Shown piece after piece: positions 30,233 to 40,430 of a DNA stretch of 64,000 nucleotides; positions within the stretch are counted from its first letter, which is position 1, and each line of letters starts with the position of its first letter. A program made the position numbers and the translations under genes. Source of the DNA: an uncultured Nitrospiraceae bacterium (GTDB taxonomy: Bacteria; Nitrospirota; Thermodesulfovibrionia; Thermodesulfovibrionales; Dissulfurispiraceae); the NCBI GenBank assembly GCA_963727805.1, contig CAVSHF010000005.1, forward strand, positions 96,001 to 160,000, read 5' to 3'. Under the pieces are notes generated by a model. That model did not search any database. It was given only the letters and a program-made list of their open reading frames with translations, and was not told the DNA's origin.

Positions 30233-33200
30233 ATGGATGAGAATGTGATAAAGAAAATAAAGGTAAAACCCCCTAAACCGACTACCGCGGTGAAGAAGTC
30301 TTCATCTAAAACATCCAAACCAAAATCTCAAAGATCTCTTGTTGGGGAACATGCCTCTTCAACGCTGCAATCCAAGAAGGCAGCGAATCGCTCACAGCAA
30401 TCTGAAACAGAAGTCGTCGGCGTGTTAGCCTCCGCCGGCAATATCACTTCGCGCAAGCGCATGGAGATGGCGTTGCAAGAAAGCGAAGAGGCATTTCGGA
30501 CTTTGGCTGAAACTGTGCCGCAGATTGTCTGGGCTACCAGGGCCGACGGCTGGAACGTCTTTTTCAATAAACGGTGGGTGGAATACACGGGGTTGACGCT
30601 GGAGGAGAGTTACGGCCACGGCTGGAATATTCCCTTTCATCCTGATGATAAGAAGAGAGCGTGGGATACCTGGCAGCAGGCCACGAAACATGGTGCCACT
30701 TATTCTCTTGAAGTACGCCTGCGACGAGCGGATGGCGTCTATCGCTGGTGGTTGGTTCGCGGCATGCCATTGCTCGACACGACAGGGAAAATTATCAAGT
30801 GGTTTGGCACCTGCACCGATATTGATGATCTGAAGCAGGCGGAACGTCGTCAGACTCTTTCGACTGATATCCTGGGCATTCTTAATAATCCACCTGCACT
30901 GGATGACGCAATCAGCAAAATTATCACAACACTTAAACGGGAAACGGGGTTCGATGCTATAGGGATTCGCCTGCAACGTGGTGATGACTTCCCGTATATT
31001 GCTCAAGACGGTTTTTCTAAGGAATTTATACTCGCCGAAAATACACTGGCTGTTCGTACCCAGGATGGAGGAGTTTGCGTAGATAAGGACGGCAACGTTT
31101 GCCTGGAATGCACATGCGGCATGGTAATTTCCGGAAAGACTGATCCGGCAAATCCCATTTTTACTCCAAAGGGAAGTTGCTGGACCAATGAGTCATGTGC
31201 AAGACCAGACCGCCCTATTGAAGACAAGAGACTTCATCCTCGCGATCGCTGCACACATGAAGGCTTCCATTCCGTTGCGCTTATCCCACTGAGGGCCGGA
31301 AAACGAATTATAGGCATACTGCAACTTAACGACCGCAGGCCCAATCAGTTCACACTCGAAATGATCTCTTTCCTGGAAGATTTGGGCGCACTTATTGGTA
31401 TCGCGGTTGCCCGCAAACGAGCAGAGGATGAGATGCACAAAGCAAGGAAACGGGCCGATACTCTGAACTTAGAGCTCGAAGCCACCAATCGGGAATTGGA
31501 GGAACGGGTAGCCGCTCGTACCGCCGATCTCAGCAGGACCAATGAACAACTCACGCAAGAGATCGGTGAACGGAAACGGGCCGAGGAACAATTGACTCAT
31601 GCATTGAAGGAAGCCAAGCAGCGCGCCGGCGAAACCGAGGCAGTACTAACGGCGATCAACGACGCAGTTCTAGTATATGACGCCGACATGAACGTCGTAC
31701 GTACAGATCGCGGATTTATTCCTGTGTACGGGTTTGATCCCGTTGGGATGAACGTCCGCGAGATCATCGAGCAAACCCAGTGTCGCTACCTCGATGACCG
31801 TCCGTTTCTCTTTGAAGATCAACCAATACCGCGCACCCTGCGCGGTGAAAAGGTTCTCAATCGACAGTTCCGGATTACGCGGCTCGACGGCCAAGAGCGC
31901 ATACTTGAAACCTCATCCACCCCCTTACTCATTGGCGACCGCCTTGTCGGCACTGTTACCGTCTGGCACGATATCACAGAGCGCAAGAAAGCAGAAGAGG
32001 CGCTGCGGGCGAACGATGAACAGTTTCGTGCTCTAGCTGATTCCATCCCGAACCTTGCGTGGTGGGCAAACGGTGATGGCTACATCACATGGTACAACCG
32101 GCGTTGGTATGAGTACACTGGCACTACGCCGGAGCAGATGGAAGGCTGGGGGTGGCAGCGCGTACATGACCCCGAAGTGTTGCCCGCAGTCATGGAGCGA
32201 TGGAAGGAGTCGATTGCCACCGGTGAACCGTTTGATATGGAATTTCCGCTGCTTGGAGCTGATGGGCTATTCCGCCCCTTTCTCACGCGTGTCTTGCCAT
32301 TGAAGAATTCGGCAGGCCAGGTGCTCCGGTGGTTCGGCACTAATACTGACATATACGAGCTTAAGAAGGCAGAAGAGGCGCTAAGAAGGAGTGAAGAGCG
32401 ACTAAAACTGGCTCTGGATGCAGCGGAATTGGCAACCTGGGACTGGCACGTGCCGAGCGGCGAGGTCATCTGGAACGAGCTACATTACAGAATGTTAGGC
32501 TATCAACCAGGAGAGGTAAAGCCAAGCTACCAAGCGTGGAGCAGCCGAGTTTATCATGAGGACCTCGCTGCCACAGAGGAAGAGATCCGCAGATGCATGG
32601 ACGAAGGTTGCGATTATATGACTGAGTTTCGAGTGCAGGCTCCTAATGGGACTGTGCGGTGGATTGAGGCGCGTGGCAGATTCGAACAGGACTCGTCCGG
32701 AAGAGCCGTTCGTTCATATGGCGCTATGATGGACATCACAGAGCGCAAACTGATCCAGGAAGAAATCAAGAGACTGAATGATGACCTGCTTGCAAGGAAC
32801 GAACAGTTAGAGTTCGCTAACAAAGAACTCGAGTCGTTCGTGTACTCCATAGCTCATGATCTGCGCGGGTCGCTTCGACACATATCCGGGTTTACTGACA
32901 TCCTGATGAAGAACATTGCAGAGAAGCTGGACGAGAAAGACAAACGATATTTTTTCAAAATCCGTAATGCTACCGAAAAGATGAGTCGTCTTATCGACGA
33001 TCTTCTAACCCTTTCCACGATCTCACGACAGGAGCTTCAGCGAACAGAGGTTAATGTGAGCGAAATAGCAGCATCTCTCGTTGCTGGACTACGCGAAGCG
33101 CATCCAGGCAGGAGCGTCGAGGTTGCCATTAAGGGAGGCCTAAACACCTTTGCCGACCGTCGATTGATAGAGGTCGTCCTCGCGAACCTGCTAGGGAATG

Positions 33201-33484
33201 CCTGGAAATTCACCATGATGACCGCGCATGCCCGCATAGAATTGGGAACTGTCGAGCGGGATGATAAAATCGTTTATTATGTTAAAGATAATGGTGCAGG
33301 ATTCGACCAGAAATATGCTGGAAAGATGTTTTGGCCTTTCCACCGACTCCATTCGGAGGAAGCGTTTCAGGGTACAGGGATAGGCCTTGCTATTGTCGAG
33401 CGAATCATCCGCAGTCATAGAGGAAAAGTTTGGGCAGAGGGTGCAGAGGGAAAAGGTGCTACGATCTATTTCAGTTTAGCCTGA
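30233..33484 (+). CDS. Multi-PAS/GAF sensor histidine kinase
   Basis: Several PAS/PAC repeats (WFGTCTDI, WFGTNTDI), Cys-rich GAF, AHDLRG, NAWKF, GTGIGL. Confidence 0.93.
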   Translation: MDENVIKKIKVKPPKPTTAVKKSSSKTSKPKSQRSLVGEHASSTLQSKKAANRSQQSETEVVGVLASAGNITSRKRMEMALQESEEAFRTLAETVPQIVWATRADGWNVFFNKRWVEYTGLTLEESYGHGWNIPFHPDDKKRAWDTWQQATKHGATYSLEVRLRRADGVYRWWLVRGMPLLDTTGKIIKWFGTCTDIDDLKQAERRQTLSTDILGILNNPPALDDAISKIITTLKRETGFDAIGIRLQRGDDFPYIAQDGFSKEFILAENTLAVRTQDGGVCVDKDGNVCLECTCGMVISGKTDPANPIFTPKGSCWTNESCARPDRPIEDKRLHPRDRCTHEGFHSVALIPLRAGKRIIGILQLNDRRPNQFTLEMISFLEDLGALIGIAVARKRAEDEMHKARKRADTLNLELEATNRELEERVAARTADLSRTNEQLTQEIGERKRAEEQLTHALKEAKQRAGETEAVLTAINDAVLVYDADMNVVRTDRGFIPVYGFDPVGMNVREIIEQTQCRYLDDRPFLFEDQPIPRTLRGEKVLNRQFRITRLDGQERILETSSTPLLIGDRLVGTVTVWHDITERKKAEEALRANDEQFRALADSIPNLAWWANGDGYITWYNRRWYEYTGTTPEQMEGWGWQRVHDPEVLPAVMERWKESIATGEPFDMEFPLLGADGLFRPFLTRVLPLKNSAGQVLRWFGTNTDIYELKKAEEALRRSEERLKLALDAAELATWDWHVPSGEVIWNELHYRMLGYQPGEVKPSYQAWSSRVYHEDLAATEEEIRRCMDEGCDYMTEFRVQAPNGTVRWIEARGRFEQDSSGRAVRSYGAMMDITERKLIQEEIKRLNDDLLARNEQLEFANKELESFVYSIAHDLRGSLRHISGFTDILMKNIAEKLDEKDKRYFFKIRNATEKMSRLIDDLLTLSTISRQELQRTEVNVSEIAASLVAGLREAHPGRSVEVAIKGGLNTFADRRLIEVVLANLLGNAWKFTMMTAHARIELGTVERDDKIVYYVKDNGAGFDQKYAGKMFWPFHRLHSEEAFQGTGIGLAIVERIIRSHRGKVWAEGAEGKGATIYFSLA

Positions 33485-33539
33485 ATATGGCGATAATTAA
33501 ATAAGTACATGGGATAGTGTATTTCTGGCTATTCCGATA

Positions 33540-33953
33540 TTGTTACGCAATTCGGGGATAAAGAAGACAATGATATATATTGTTGACGATAGTCCGACTG
33601 ACATAGAGCTTACGACAATTGCGCTAGAGGCGACTGGACGAGAAATAGTTGTCCGCTCTGCAACTGACGGCAAGTCCGCGCTTGCAATGCTCAGAAATGG
33701 ACTTGGGGTGCCAGCCCTAATATTGCTCGATCTGAAGATGCCTGGCATGAGCGGCATCGAAGTGCTCCATGAAATACGTGCCGACGATCGTCTTAGAGGT
33801 CTCCCCGTTGTGGTAGTCACGTCTTCAGCACTGGACTCAGACAAGATGGAAGCAATTGCTGCCGGAGCCAGCGACTATATTCAGAAGCCTTTGGCGTTAG
33901 CCCAGTTCAGCAAAGATTTGGATTCTATTCTGCGTCGCTTGTTACCGAATTAG
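33540..33953 (+). CDS. Single-domain response regulator
   Basis: IVDD, LLDLKMP, TSS, KP; start may be ATG 33570. Confidence 0.9.
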   Translation: MLRNSGIKKTMIYIVDDSPTDIELTTIALEATGREIVVRSATDGKSALAMLRNGLGVPALILLDLKMPGMSGIEVLHEIRADDRLRGLPVVVVTSSALDSDKMEAIAAGASDYIQKPLALAQFSKDLDSILRRLLPN

Positions 33954-34320
33954 TTTTTGGTGCCCTCCTTCAAATTCCTTCACCGATGATTTTCGCTGGA
34001 AATATTCTACGCGATCAAGCGTATCAATTTTAGAGATTTCTCTGAGAAGAGCGTGCATATCGAAATTTCTAGATGCATGATTATTAATTAATCTTCCCCC
34101 CGCATTCAACGACAGAATGTGTGAATAATTTTGGTACCTGACTATGCCAGATGCACATGGCAGTCCATAAGGGCCGGAATGATAGTGCAGTCTGACTAAT
34201 CATAAAAGTTATTTAATGAAGGTGCTTAATCTCAAATTTCTTTTATCCTGCCGTTCGCTATATAGATAAACAGGTTTCTCTTTGCTTTATCTCCTGTCCC
34301 GCCTGTCAGCCATCCGCATT

Positions 34321-35419
34321 TACTAAGTAGTGCATAAGTAAGGCCTCATTATGGTATACTAGTATGCATGAATACCACTGATGGCAGGAAACTCAGACAT
34401 GAGGTTTTAGAGGCGATTCGAATTAGGGCAGTCAAACAGGTTGAGGCAGGGGAGAGCCCTGAGGTGGTAATTAGGGCCTTGGGGATGAACCGACGCTGCA
34501 TCTACAAATGGATAGCGAAATATCGAGAAGGTGGCGTAGAGGCGCTGAGGGCGAGGGTTCTTTCGGGGAGACCGTTAAGGCTAACGGGAAGTCAACTGCG
34601 CTGGATATTCAGGACTGTTACGACAAAGAACCCTCTGCAATTGCAGTTTCCTTATGCCTTGTGGACGCGGGAAATGGTCAAAGAGTTGATTAAGAGAAAA
34701 TACAGGATCAAGCTAAGTATCACCTCTGTCGGGAGACTCTTGAAGAAACTGGGGTTAAGCTGTCAGAAGCCTTTGATGAGGGCTTTTCAGCAAGACGGGG
34801 TTCTTGTGCAACAATGGGTTGAGCAGGATTATCCGAAGATCAGGGCAAAGGCAAAGAAGATTAAGGCAGAAATATATTTCGGAGACGAGGCAGGGATGCG
34901 GTCTGATTACCACCGTGGCACAACGTGGGGATTACGCGGAGATACCCCGATCATTGCAACGACAGGAGCCCGTTTTTCAATGAATATGCTGTCCGCCATT
35001 ACAGCGAAAGGCAAAATACGGTTCATGACTCATACGGGAAAGATAAACGCAACGGTATTCTGTGAGTTTCTCAAGCGTCTGATGCACAATGTTGATAATA
35101 GCGTATTTCTGATTCTAGACAGTCATCCGGTGCACAGATCATCAATGGTTAAGAAGTTTGTGGAGACACTAAAGGGAAAATTGCAGCTGTTCTTTTTGCC
35201 ACCGTACTCACCGGAACTCAACCCTGATGAGCTAGTATGGAATAGTGTTAAGCGGAGAGTGAGTCGTTCTTCGGTGAAAGGCCCAGATGATCTTGGGATG
35301 AAAGTGCGCGGCCACCTCCGGCTTCTGCAACGGAATCCAGAGAAAGTCTGTGCATTCTTTAAGGAGCCGAATGTTCGATATGCAGCTTAAACGGGGCTTT
35401 ACTTATGGCCTCCTTAGTA
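34321..35419 (+). mobile_element. IS630-family insertion sequence
   Basis: Imperfect terminal IRs TACTAAGtagtgCATAAGTAA / TTACTTATGgcctcCTTAGTA with flanking TA dinucleotides. Confidence 0.92.
34368..35390 (+). CDS. IS630 transposase (single intact ORF)
   Basis: N-terminal HTH; FGDEAG, ILDSHPVH, LPPYSPELNPDE (DDE). Confidence 0.96.
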   Translation: MNTTDGRKLRHEVLEAIRIRAVKQVEAGESPEVVIRALGMNRRCIYKWIAKYREGGVEALRARVLSGRPLRLTGSQLRWIFRTVTTKNPLQLQFPYALWTREMVKELIKRKYRIKLSITSVGRLLKKLGLSCQKPLMRAFQQDGVLVQQWVEQDYPKIRAKAKKIKAEIYFGDEAGMRSDYHRGTTWGLRGDTPIIATTGARFSMNMLSAITAKGKIRFMTHTGKINATVFCEFLKRLMHNVDNSVFLILDSHPVHRSSMVKKFVETLKGKLQLFFLPPYSPELNPDELVWNSVKRRVSRSSVKGPDDLGMKVRGHLRLLQRNPEKVCAFFKEPNVRYAA

Positions 35420-35425
35420 AGTATG

Positions 35426-36700
35426 TCAGTCATTATCTAAAATTCCCTTAAGTTCTCTTCTTAATATCTCCAGCGACATCATTGCAAACCAGCGTTTAAT
35501 TCTCATTCTGGTTTCCTGAGATGATCCAAGCTGACGGTTTGCTGTTTTTCTGCGTTTTGTAATTGTTTTTTCCGGGGTTGCAAGCCCAATGCATACTGTA
35601 CCAACAGGTTTTTCGTCTGTGCCGCCATCAGGGCCTGCAATGCCGCTTGTTGCCAGTGCATAATCTGCTCCGGAAATTCTGCGTGCTCCTTCTGCCATTT
35701 CGCGTACAGTTTCTTCGCTTACAGCTCCGAATTTTTCTAGCGTTTCCTGCCTTACTCCAAGCACCTTCATCTTTGCATTATTGGAATAGGTTACCCCTGA
35801 GAACAGGAAATATTCCGAGCTGCCCGGAACATTTGTTATTAAATCAGATATCAGACCGCCTGTGCAGCTTTCCGCAAGAGCAAGAGTAGCATTTCTGGAT
35901 AATAGTATGTCACCTATGACTTTTTCGATTGGAAGACCGTCCATCGAAAAAACATATTTCCCTAACTGTTCCTTTATCCATGCAGATGCTTCTGAAAGTA
36001 CTGAGTCCAGTTCATTGCTGTTGCTGCCCTGTGCATACAGCTTTACCTGTACTTCGGGAAATGTTGCGCGCAGTCCGAGTTTAACATTAAACTTATCAGT
36101 CACGGCTGCTGTTTTCTCTCCGACTGTTGACTCTCCAAGTCCAAACGTGCTAATAGTTTTTACTGTAATTATCTGCTTATTATCCTGCAGTTTGGCAATA
36201 TCCGGAAGGACATAATCTTCCAGCATTCTTTTCATTTCAAAAGGAACACCGGGAACAAAATAGAATCTGCATTTTCCAATTTTCATGCTGAAGCCAGGAG
36301 CCGTGCCTGAGGAATTTTTTAATATACTGGCTCCAACAGGAAACATTGCCTGCTTCCTGTTGGATGAGCTCATCTCCCAGCCGGCTTTTTCAAAAATTGC
36401 TTTAATATCCTCCAGGGCTGATTCATTTAATTCAAGTTTTACTCGGGCTGTTTCTGCCGCAGCCTCAGCTGTTATATCATCAGTAGTGGGGCCGAGTCCG
36501 CCTGTAACGACCGCAATATCAGCGCGGGAACCGATCTCTCTAAGAGTATCAGTCAGTATTGTCATTTCATCGCCAACGCATTGATGACGCAGCACTTCAA
36601 TACCTGCTTCCTCAAGTTTTTGTGAAATATATGCTGAGTTGGTATCAACCAGCGTTCCTGATCTGATCTCGTCGCCTGTTGCTAATATTTCGGCAAACAT
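35426..36700 (-). CDS. cinA: CinA-family competence/damage-inducible protein (MocF + PncC NMN deamidase)
   Basis: TGDE...DTN, GGLGPTTDD, GVPFEM, AESCTGG, GIAGPDGG. Confidence 0.94.
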   Translation of the reverse strand: MFAEILATGDEIRSGTLVDTNSAYISQKLEEAGIEVLRHQCVGDEMTILTDTLREIGSRADIAVVTGGLGPTTDDITAEAAAETARVKLELNESALEDIKAIFEKAGWEMSSSNRKQAMFPVGASILKNSSGTAPGFSMKIGKCRFYFVPGVPFEMKRMLEDYVLPDIAKLQDNKQIITVKTISTFGLGESTVGEKTAAVTDKFNVKLGLRATFPEVQVKLYAQGSNSNELDSVLSEASAWIKEQLGKYVFSMDGLPIEKVIGDILLSRNATLALAESCTGGLISDLITNVPGSSEYFLFSGVTYSNNAKMKVLGVRQETLEKFGAVSEETVREMAEGARRISGADYALATSGIAGPDGGTDEKPVGTVCIGLATPEKTITKRRKTANRQLGSSQETRMRIKRWFAMMSLEILRRELKGILDND

Positions 36701-36788
36701 GATGTTCTCCTGATGAGTATATATTTAGTTTTTTAATGTTATTTTATATCCTTTACGTGGGGCATCAAGGACATACCACTGGATGTTG

Positions 36789-36855
36789 CTACTTAAAAGT
36801 CATCGCCACAGAGATACGGCATATCATACAAGTTTTCTTCCAGAAATCGAGACCA
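36789..36855 (+). repeat. ~66-bp dispersed repeat, copy 2
   Basis: Direct repeat of 27474-27539. Confidence 0.9.
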
Positions 36856-37208
36856 GCGCCCATCGATGGAGAATATCGCTATCGAGTTAAGAGGGAAGTG
36901 CTTACAGTTCCGCATTACCGGTGCGCCGCTCTTGTGCGCGTCAGTGATGCGGGGGGTAGGCGGTTCACAGTTCCAGTCGGTTCTGCGACGTCCACACCGG
37001 GCTTGTCCGATCATCTCTCAGGTGATATTAAAACAAAGAGGGCGAACAATTAATCAAGGCTTTTCTGCTTATTTATTCCACGCAGCGTTTCAACGCTACT
37101 CTCAAAACATTGAGTTGCCCATAAATGAGTCAAGACAATGAGGCATCCGTTCCTTGGACAGGATCCTGCCAGGCAACTCATAAGGCGCAGCAAGAACTGG
37201 AGATCATA

Positions 37209-37706
37209 TCAGCCTCTTGACACCATTAGTTCCAGGTCCTCGAGGAGTGACTGTAGATCCTCTTCATGCTCGATCTCCTGACTGAGTATCGTCAACGCCA
37301 TATTGTAGGTGATGATATCGGTATCTTTCGTCTTTTTGAGCAGATCGTTGTAATAGCTAATTGCACAGCGCTCACCTTTTATGTTCTGACTGAGAATAAC
37401 TTTGACGTATTCATCATCAGGCGGTTCATACCCGCACCCCGTCACCTCGTACCACTTCTTCGGCTCGGTAATCGGCTTGCCGCCCAGTTGGATAATGCGC
37501 ATCGCAACCATATCCGCGTGCAGGAGCTCCTCGGTCGCATGCTGAAGAAGTTCTGCTGCCACAGCATCCTTCATAGGGCCTCGGACAACTTTGGCGCCAA
37601 GCCAGTACTGGTAATAGGCAAACCACTCATCCGCAAATGCCTTTTTAAGCAACCCGAGCAACTCCTGTACGTCCATACCGACAATTTCAGTTCCTCGTTT
37701 TCCCAT
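37209..37706 (-). CDS. Ferritin-like protein (DPSL/bacterioferritin-related)
   Basis: ADEWFAYYQY, EELLHA, GERCA, EIEHEED di-iron motifs; start refined to MGKRG. Confidence 0.9.
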   Translation of the reverse strand: MGKRGTEIVGMDVQELLGLLKKAFADEWFAYYQYWLGAKVVRGPMKDAVAAELLQHATEELLHADMVAMRIIQLGGKPITEPKKWYEVTGCGYEPPDDEYVKVILSQNIKGERCAISYYNDLLKKTKDTDIITYNMALTILSQEIEHEEDLQSLLEDLELMVSRG

Positions 37707-37758
37707 AGTTGAAACATCCTTTCTAACTATTGTTAAAGACTGCAAAAGCAGTATTAAT

Positions 37759-37795
37759 TTAGAAAGATTATAGTAATGAATAAGGCGCTTGTCAA
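37759..37795 (-). promoter_or_regulatory. Consensus sigma70 promoter with overlapping PerR/Fur-like box
   Basis: TTGACA (37795-37790)-17 nt-TATAAT (37772-37767); TTAGAAAGATTATAG (37759-37773) resembles TTATAATnATTATAA. Confidence 0.7.
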
Positions 37796-37853
37796 GAATT
37801 AGCAGCCAACAGAATTAGCAGCCAAAATAACGGCATGCTCACTACATTTTCGT

Positions 37854-38558
37854 CTATTTCACTGCCTTCTTTAATGCGGCCCTGAGCTCGTTAGATCCGT
37901 CATTACTTACTTCATTTCTAATAAGGATATCGACCGGTGTCACCTGTTTGCCATAATAAGCACCATTAAGGCTATCCCTCACATTTACAATCGATCCTTC
38001 GAGATTGATACCAGCATAAAGACCCTTTGATTTTGCAAAAGAGACGAAATCAGCGATTATATTTTGTTTAGCACCGAAGCCGACCGGGCCGAGAGCAACC
38101 GAGGTATCTCCTCCAAACTTAAAAGACGATGTCAACAGCGAATCGACGGCTTTCTGGCTCATTACCATCACAATTATCTGTGACGCCTCACCCCCGATCT
38201 GAAGGCCAACGGTCGCCGAGCCGATAGAATAAAACGCGGGTTGACTCCAATCGCCGGTTTTCTCATCTCTCACAACGAGAACGCCGGTCCCGCCTGAGCC
38301 ACCAAAAATAAAGCCCCCCTTGATCACCTGCGGATACATAAGTAAGCCTTTTGTTCCCTTCAGATTTTCGTGAAACCATGCAAATTGCGTATCGCCCATA
38401 AATTCGTTAAACGTGATCCGCGCCCTATCTACAAGCATCTCGGCATCGGCCATATCCGTCGCGCCGGCAGGCATTACCATTGCCATACATAACACGACAG
38501 AGATGAGAGTTGCTATGGCTGCCTTTACAATGCGGGATATACTGTCACTTATTCTCAT
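37854..38558 (-). CDS. SYLF/Ysc84 lipid-binding domain protein, exported
   Basis: KGGFIFGGSGGTG, GLQIG, SKGLYAGINLEG; signal peptide. Confidence 0.9.
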   Translation of the reverse strand: MRISDSISRIVKAAIATLISVVLCMAMVMPAGATDMADAEMLVDRARITFNEFMGDTQFAWFHENLKGTKGLLMYPQVIKGGFIFGGSGGTGVLVVRDEKTGDWSQPAFYSIGSATVGLQIGGEASQIIVMVMSQKAVDSLLTSSFKFGGDTSVALGPVGFGAKQNIIADFVSFAKSKGLYAGINLEGSIVNVRDSLNGAYYGKQVTPVDILIRNEVSNDGSNELRAALKKAVK

Positions 38559-38722
38559 TTCAGTTCCTCCTTGATAACAAAATCTTTTCCATGCCCGCAA
38601 AAATCTTCATCTGGCGACTGCAACACAGAATACTTCTTCTTCCACTATATCAATTTCACGACAGATGTCTATCTAATGTTGAGATGGGGCTTGCCTCTGA
38701 TATGTTTCGGGTCTTTAGTGCC

Positions 38723-39598
38723 TTAGGCGATGATTTCCGTGCCAATGCCTTCGTTCGTGAATATTTCTAAAAGGAGACTGTGCGGGACCCTGCCGTCCAC
38801 AATATGCGTCTTCCTGACACCGCTCTCAATAGCACGCATACAGGCCTGGACCTTGGGAAGCATCCCCCCCCCGATTATGCCCTCATTGATGAGTTCTAGG
38901 ATTTCGAGTTTGTTGAGCGTTGACATCACGTTGCCATCTTCATCCTTTATACCCGGCACATCGGTGATGAGCAGGAGCTTTTCGGCCTTGAGTGAGGCAG
39001 CAATAGCAGAGGCGACATAGTCGGCATTTATGTTAAGCGCCTCGCCGGTGCGCCGTACGCCGATGGGCGAAATAACCGGTATGAAGCCATCCCTCTCAAG
39101 CGTATTCAATATTGCAGGATTTATTTCCTGCACCTCACCGACAAGCCCGATATCAATCACCTCTTGGTCCACGTTCGAGGATTTCTTCAGCAGTTTCTTT
39201 TTTGCCTTGATAAGTCCGCCGTCCTTGCCGCTCAATCCGACAGCCTTGCCGCCATGGCTGTTGATGAGGGACACGATTTCTTTATTGATAAGTCCGCCAA
39301 GGACCATCTCGACGATATCCATCGTTTCTTTGTCGGTGACCCTCTGACCCTGAACAAAGGCAGGCTCCTTGCCCATTTTTTTCATCGTCTCGCTGATCTT
39401 TGGTCCGCCGCCGTGGACGATGACTGTCCTAATGCCGATGAAGTTAAACAGAACCACATCCTGGGCAAAACACTTTTTCAGTCCGTCATCGACTTGCGCA
39501 GCACCTCCATATTTGATGACAAAGGTCTTGCCGAAAAAGTTGCGGATGTACGGCAACGATTCGATGAGTATGCTCGCCTTTTCGAGTAATTTTTTCAT
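38723..39598 (-). CDS. argB: Acetylglutamate kinase
   Basis: VIKYGG, VHGGGP, NINAD, GGMLPK, GIGT. Confidence 0.97.
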   Translation of the reverse strand: MKKLLEKASILIESLPYIRNFFGKTFVIKYGGAAQVDDGLKKCFAQDVVLFNFIGIRTVIVHGGGPKISETMKKMGKEPAFVQGQRVTDKETMDIVEMVLGGLINKEIVSLINSHGGKAVGLSGKDGGLIKAKKKLLKKSSNVDQEVIDIGLVGEVQEINPAILNTLERDGFIPVISPIGVRRTGEALNINADYVASAIAASLKAEKLLLITDVPGIKDEDGNVMSTLNKLEILELINEGIIGGGMLPKVQACMRAIESGVRKTHIVDGRVPHSLLLEIFTNEGIGTEIIA

Positions 39599-39617
39599 CC
39601 CCTCTCCCCGACAGCCA

Positions 39618-40430
39618 TTATATCTGCTGCTCGTATTTAGTGATAAGGACGCTATACCCTTCATGCGCAAGCGTATTGGCTAGCTCGAGAGCATCTCCGC
39701 TGTCTTTAAATTTCCCTATTCTCACGCGGTGATACTTGTCCTTGCCGATGTTTGCCTGCATGATATAGATATCTTTATAATGCAGTTCGAGTCCCCTTTT
39801 GAGCCTTTTTGCATTTGACTCTTCCCTGAACGAGGCAATCTGGATTGTAACCATTGATCCCATCACATTGCTATATTTAACCTCCTTCACATACCTCGTG
39901 TACCTACCAAGGGGTTCGACGTCAACCAGTGCAACGCCTGGCCCGATAAGACCTATCCTCTTGGCCGCGGCATAGGAGAGGTCTATGTCCCGTCCACTGA
40001 CAAAAGGTCCGCGGTCATTAACGATACACTCGACCTGCTGGCTGTTGGAGGGATTGGTAACCTTTACCTTCGTGCCAAGAGGATAATCCCTGTGCGCGCA
40101 CGTCAGAGCGAACATATTGAAGTTTTCACCTGAAGCCGTGGGCTTCCCATGGAATTCCCGTCCATACCAAGAAGCAGTGCATGACTTCTTATCGCCCCTG
40201 ATCTCCTCATACTCCGATAGGCGTTCGGCCTGGCTGATTTCAGGTGGACCGACCTTGGTTGACGGCAGAGAAGAAGAAGCAACGCCTGGCGTTGAAGGCT
40301 TCGTTGTGGCGCATGCGGAAAGCAAAAACAAAGTCAGGACGCAGGCAAAAAAACCGCATCCACTTTTTCTGTAATATAATACTCCTGATTCGAGGTATCC
40401 TTTACAGTATATATCTACTGAGATCTTCAT
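39618..40430 (-). CDS. rlpA: Septal ring lytic transglycosylase RlpA lipoprotein with SPOR domain
   Basis: LSAC lipobox, ASWYG, TASGE, NDRGP, IDLS; true start probably downstream of the ORF start. Confidence 0.92.
   Translation of the reverse strand: MKISVDIYCKGYLESGVLYYRKSGCGFFACVLTLFLLSACATTKPSTPGVASSSLPSTKVGPPEISQAERLSEYEEIRGDKKSCTASWYGREFHGKPTASGENFNMFALTCAHRDYPLGTKVKVTNPSNSQQVECIVNDRGPFVSGRDIDLSYAAAKRIGLIGPGVALVDVEPLGRYTRYVKEVKYSNVMGSMVTIQIASFREESNAKRLKRGLELHYKDIYIMQANIGKDKYHRVRIGKFKDSGDALELANTLAHEGYSVLITKYEQQI

Noticed and set aside
36860..37060. Glycine-riboswitch-like words (GGAGA...CTCTCAGG)
   Set aside because: Central GCCGAAG motif and the supporting stems are missing; no suitable downstream gene
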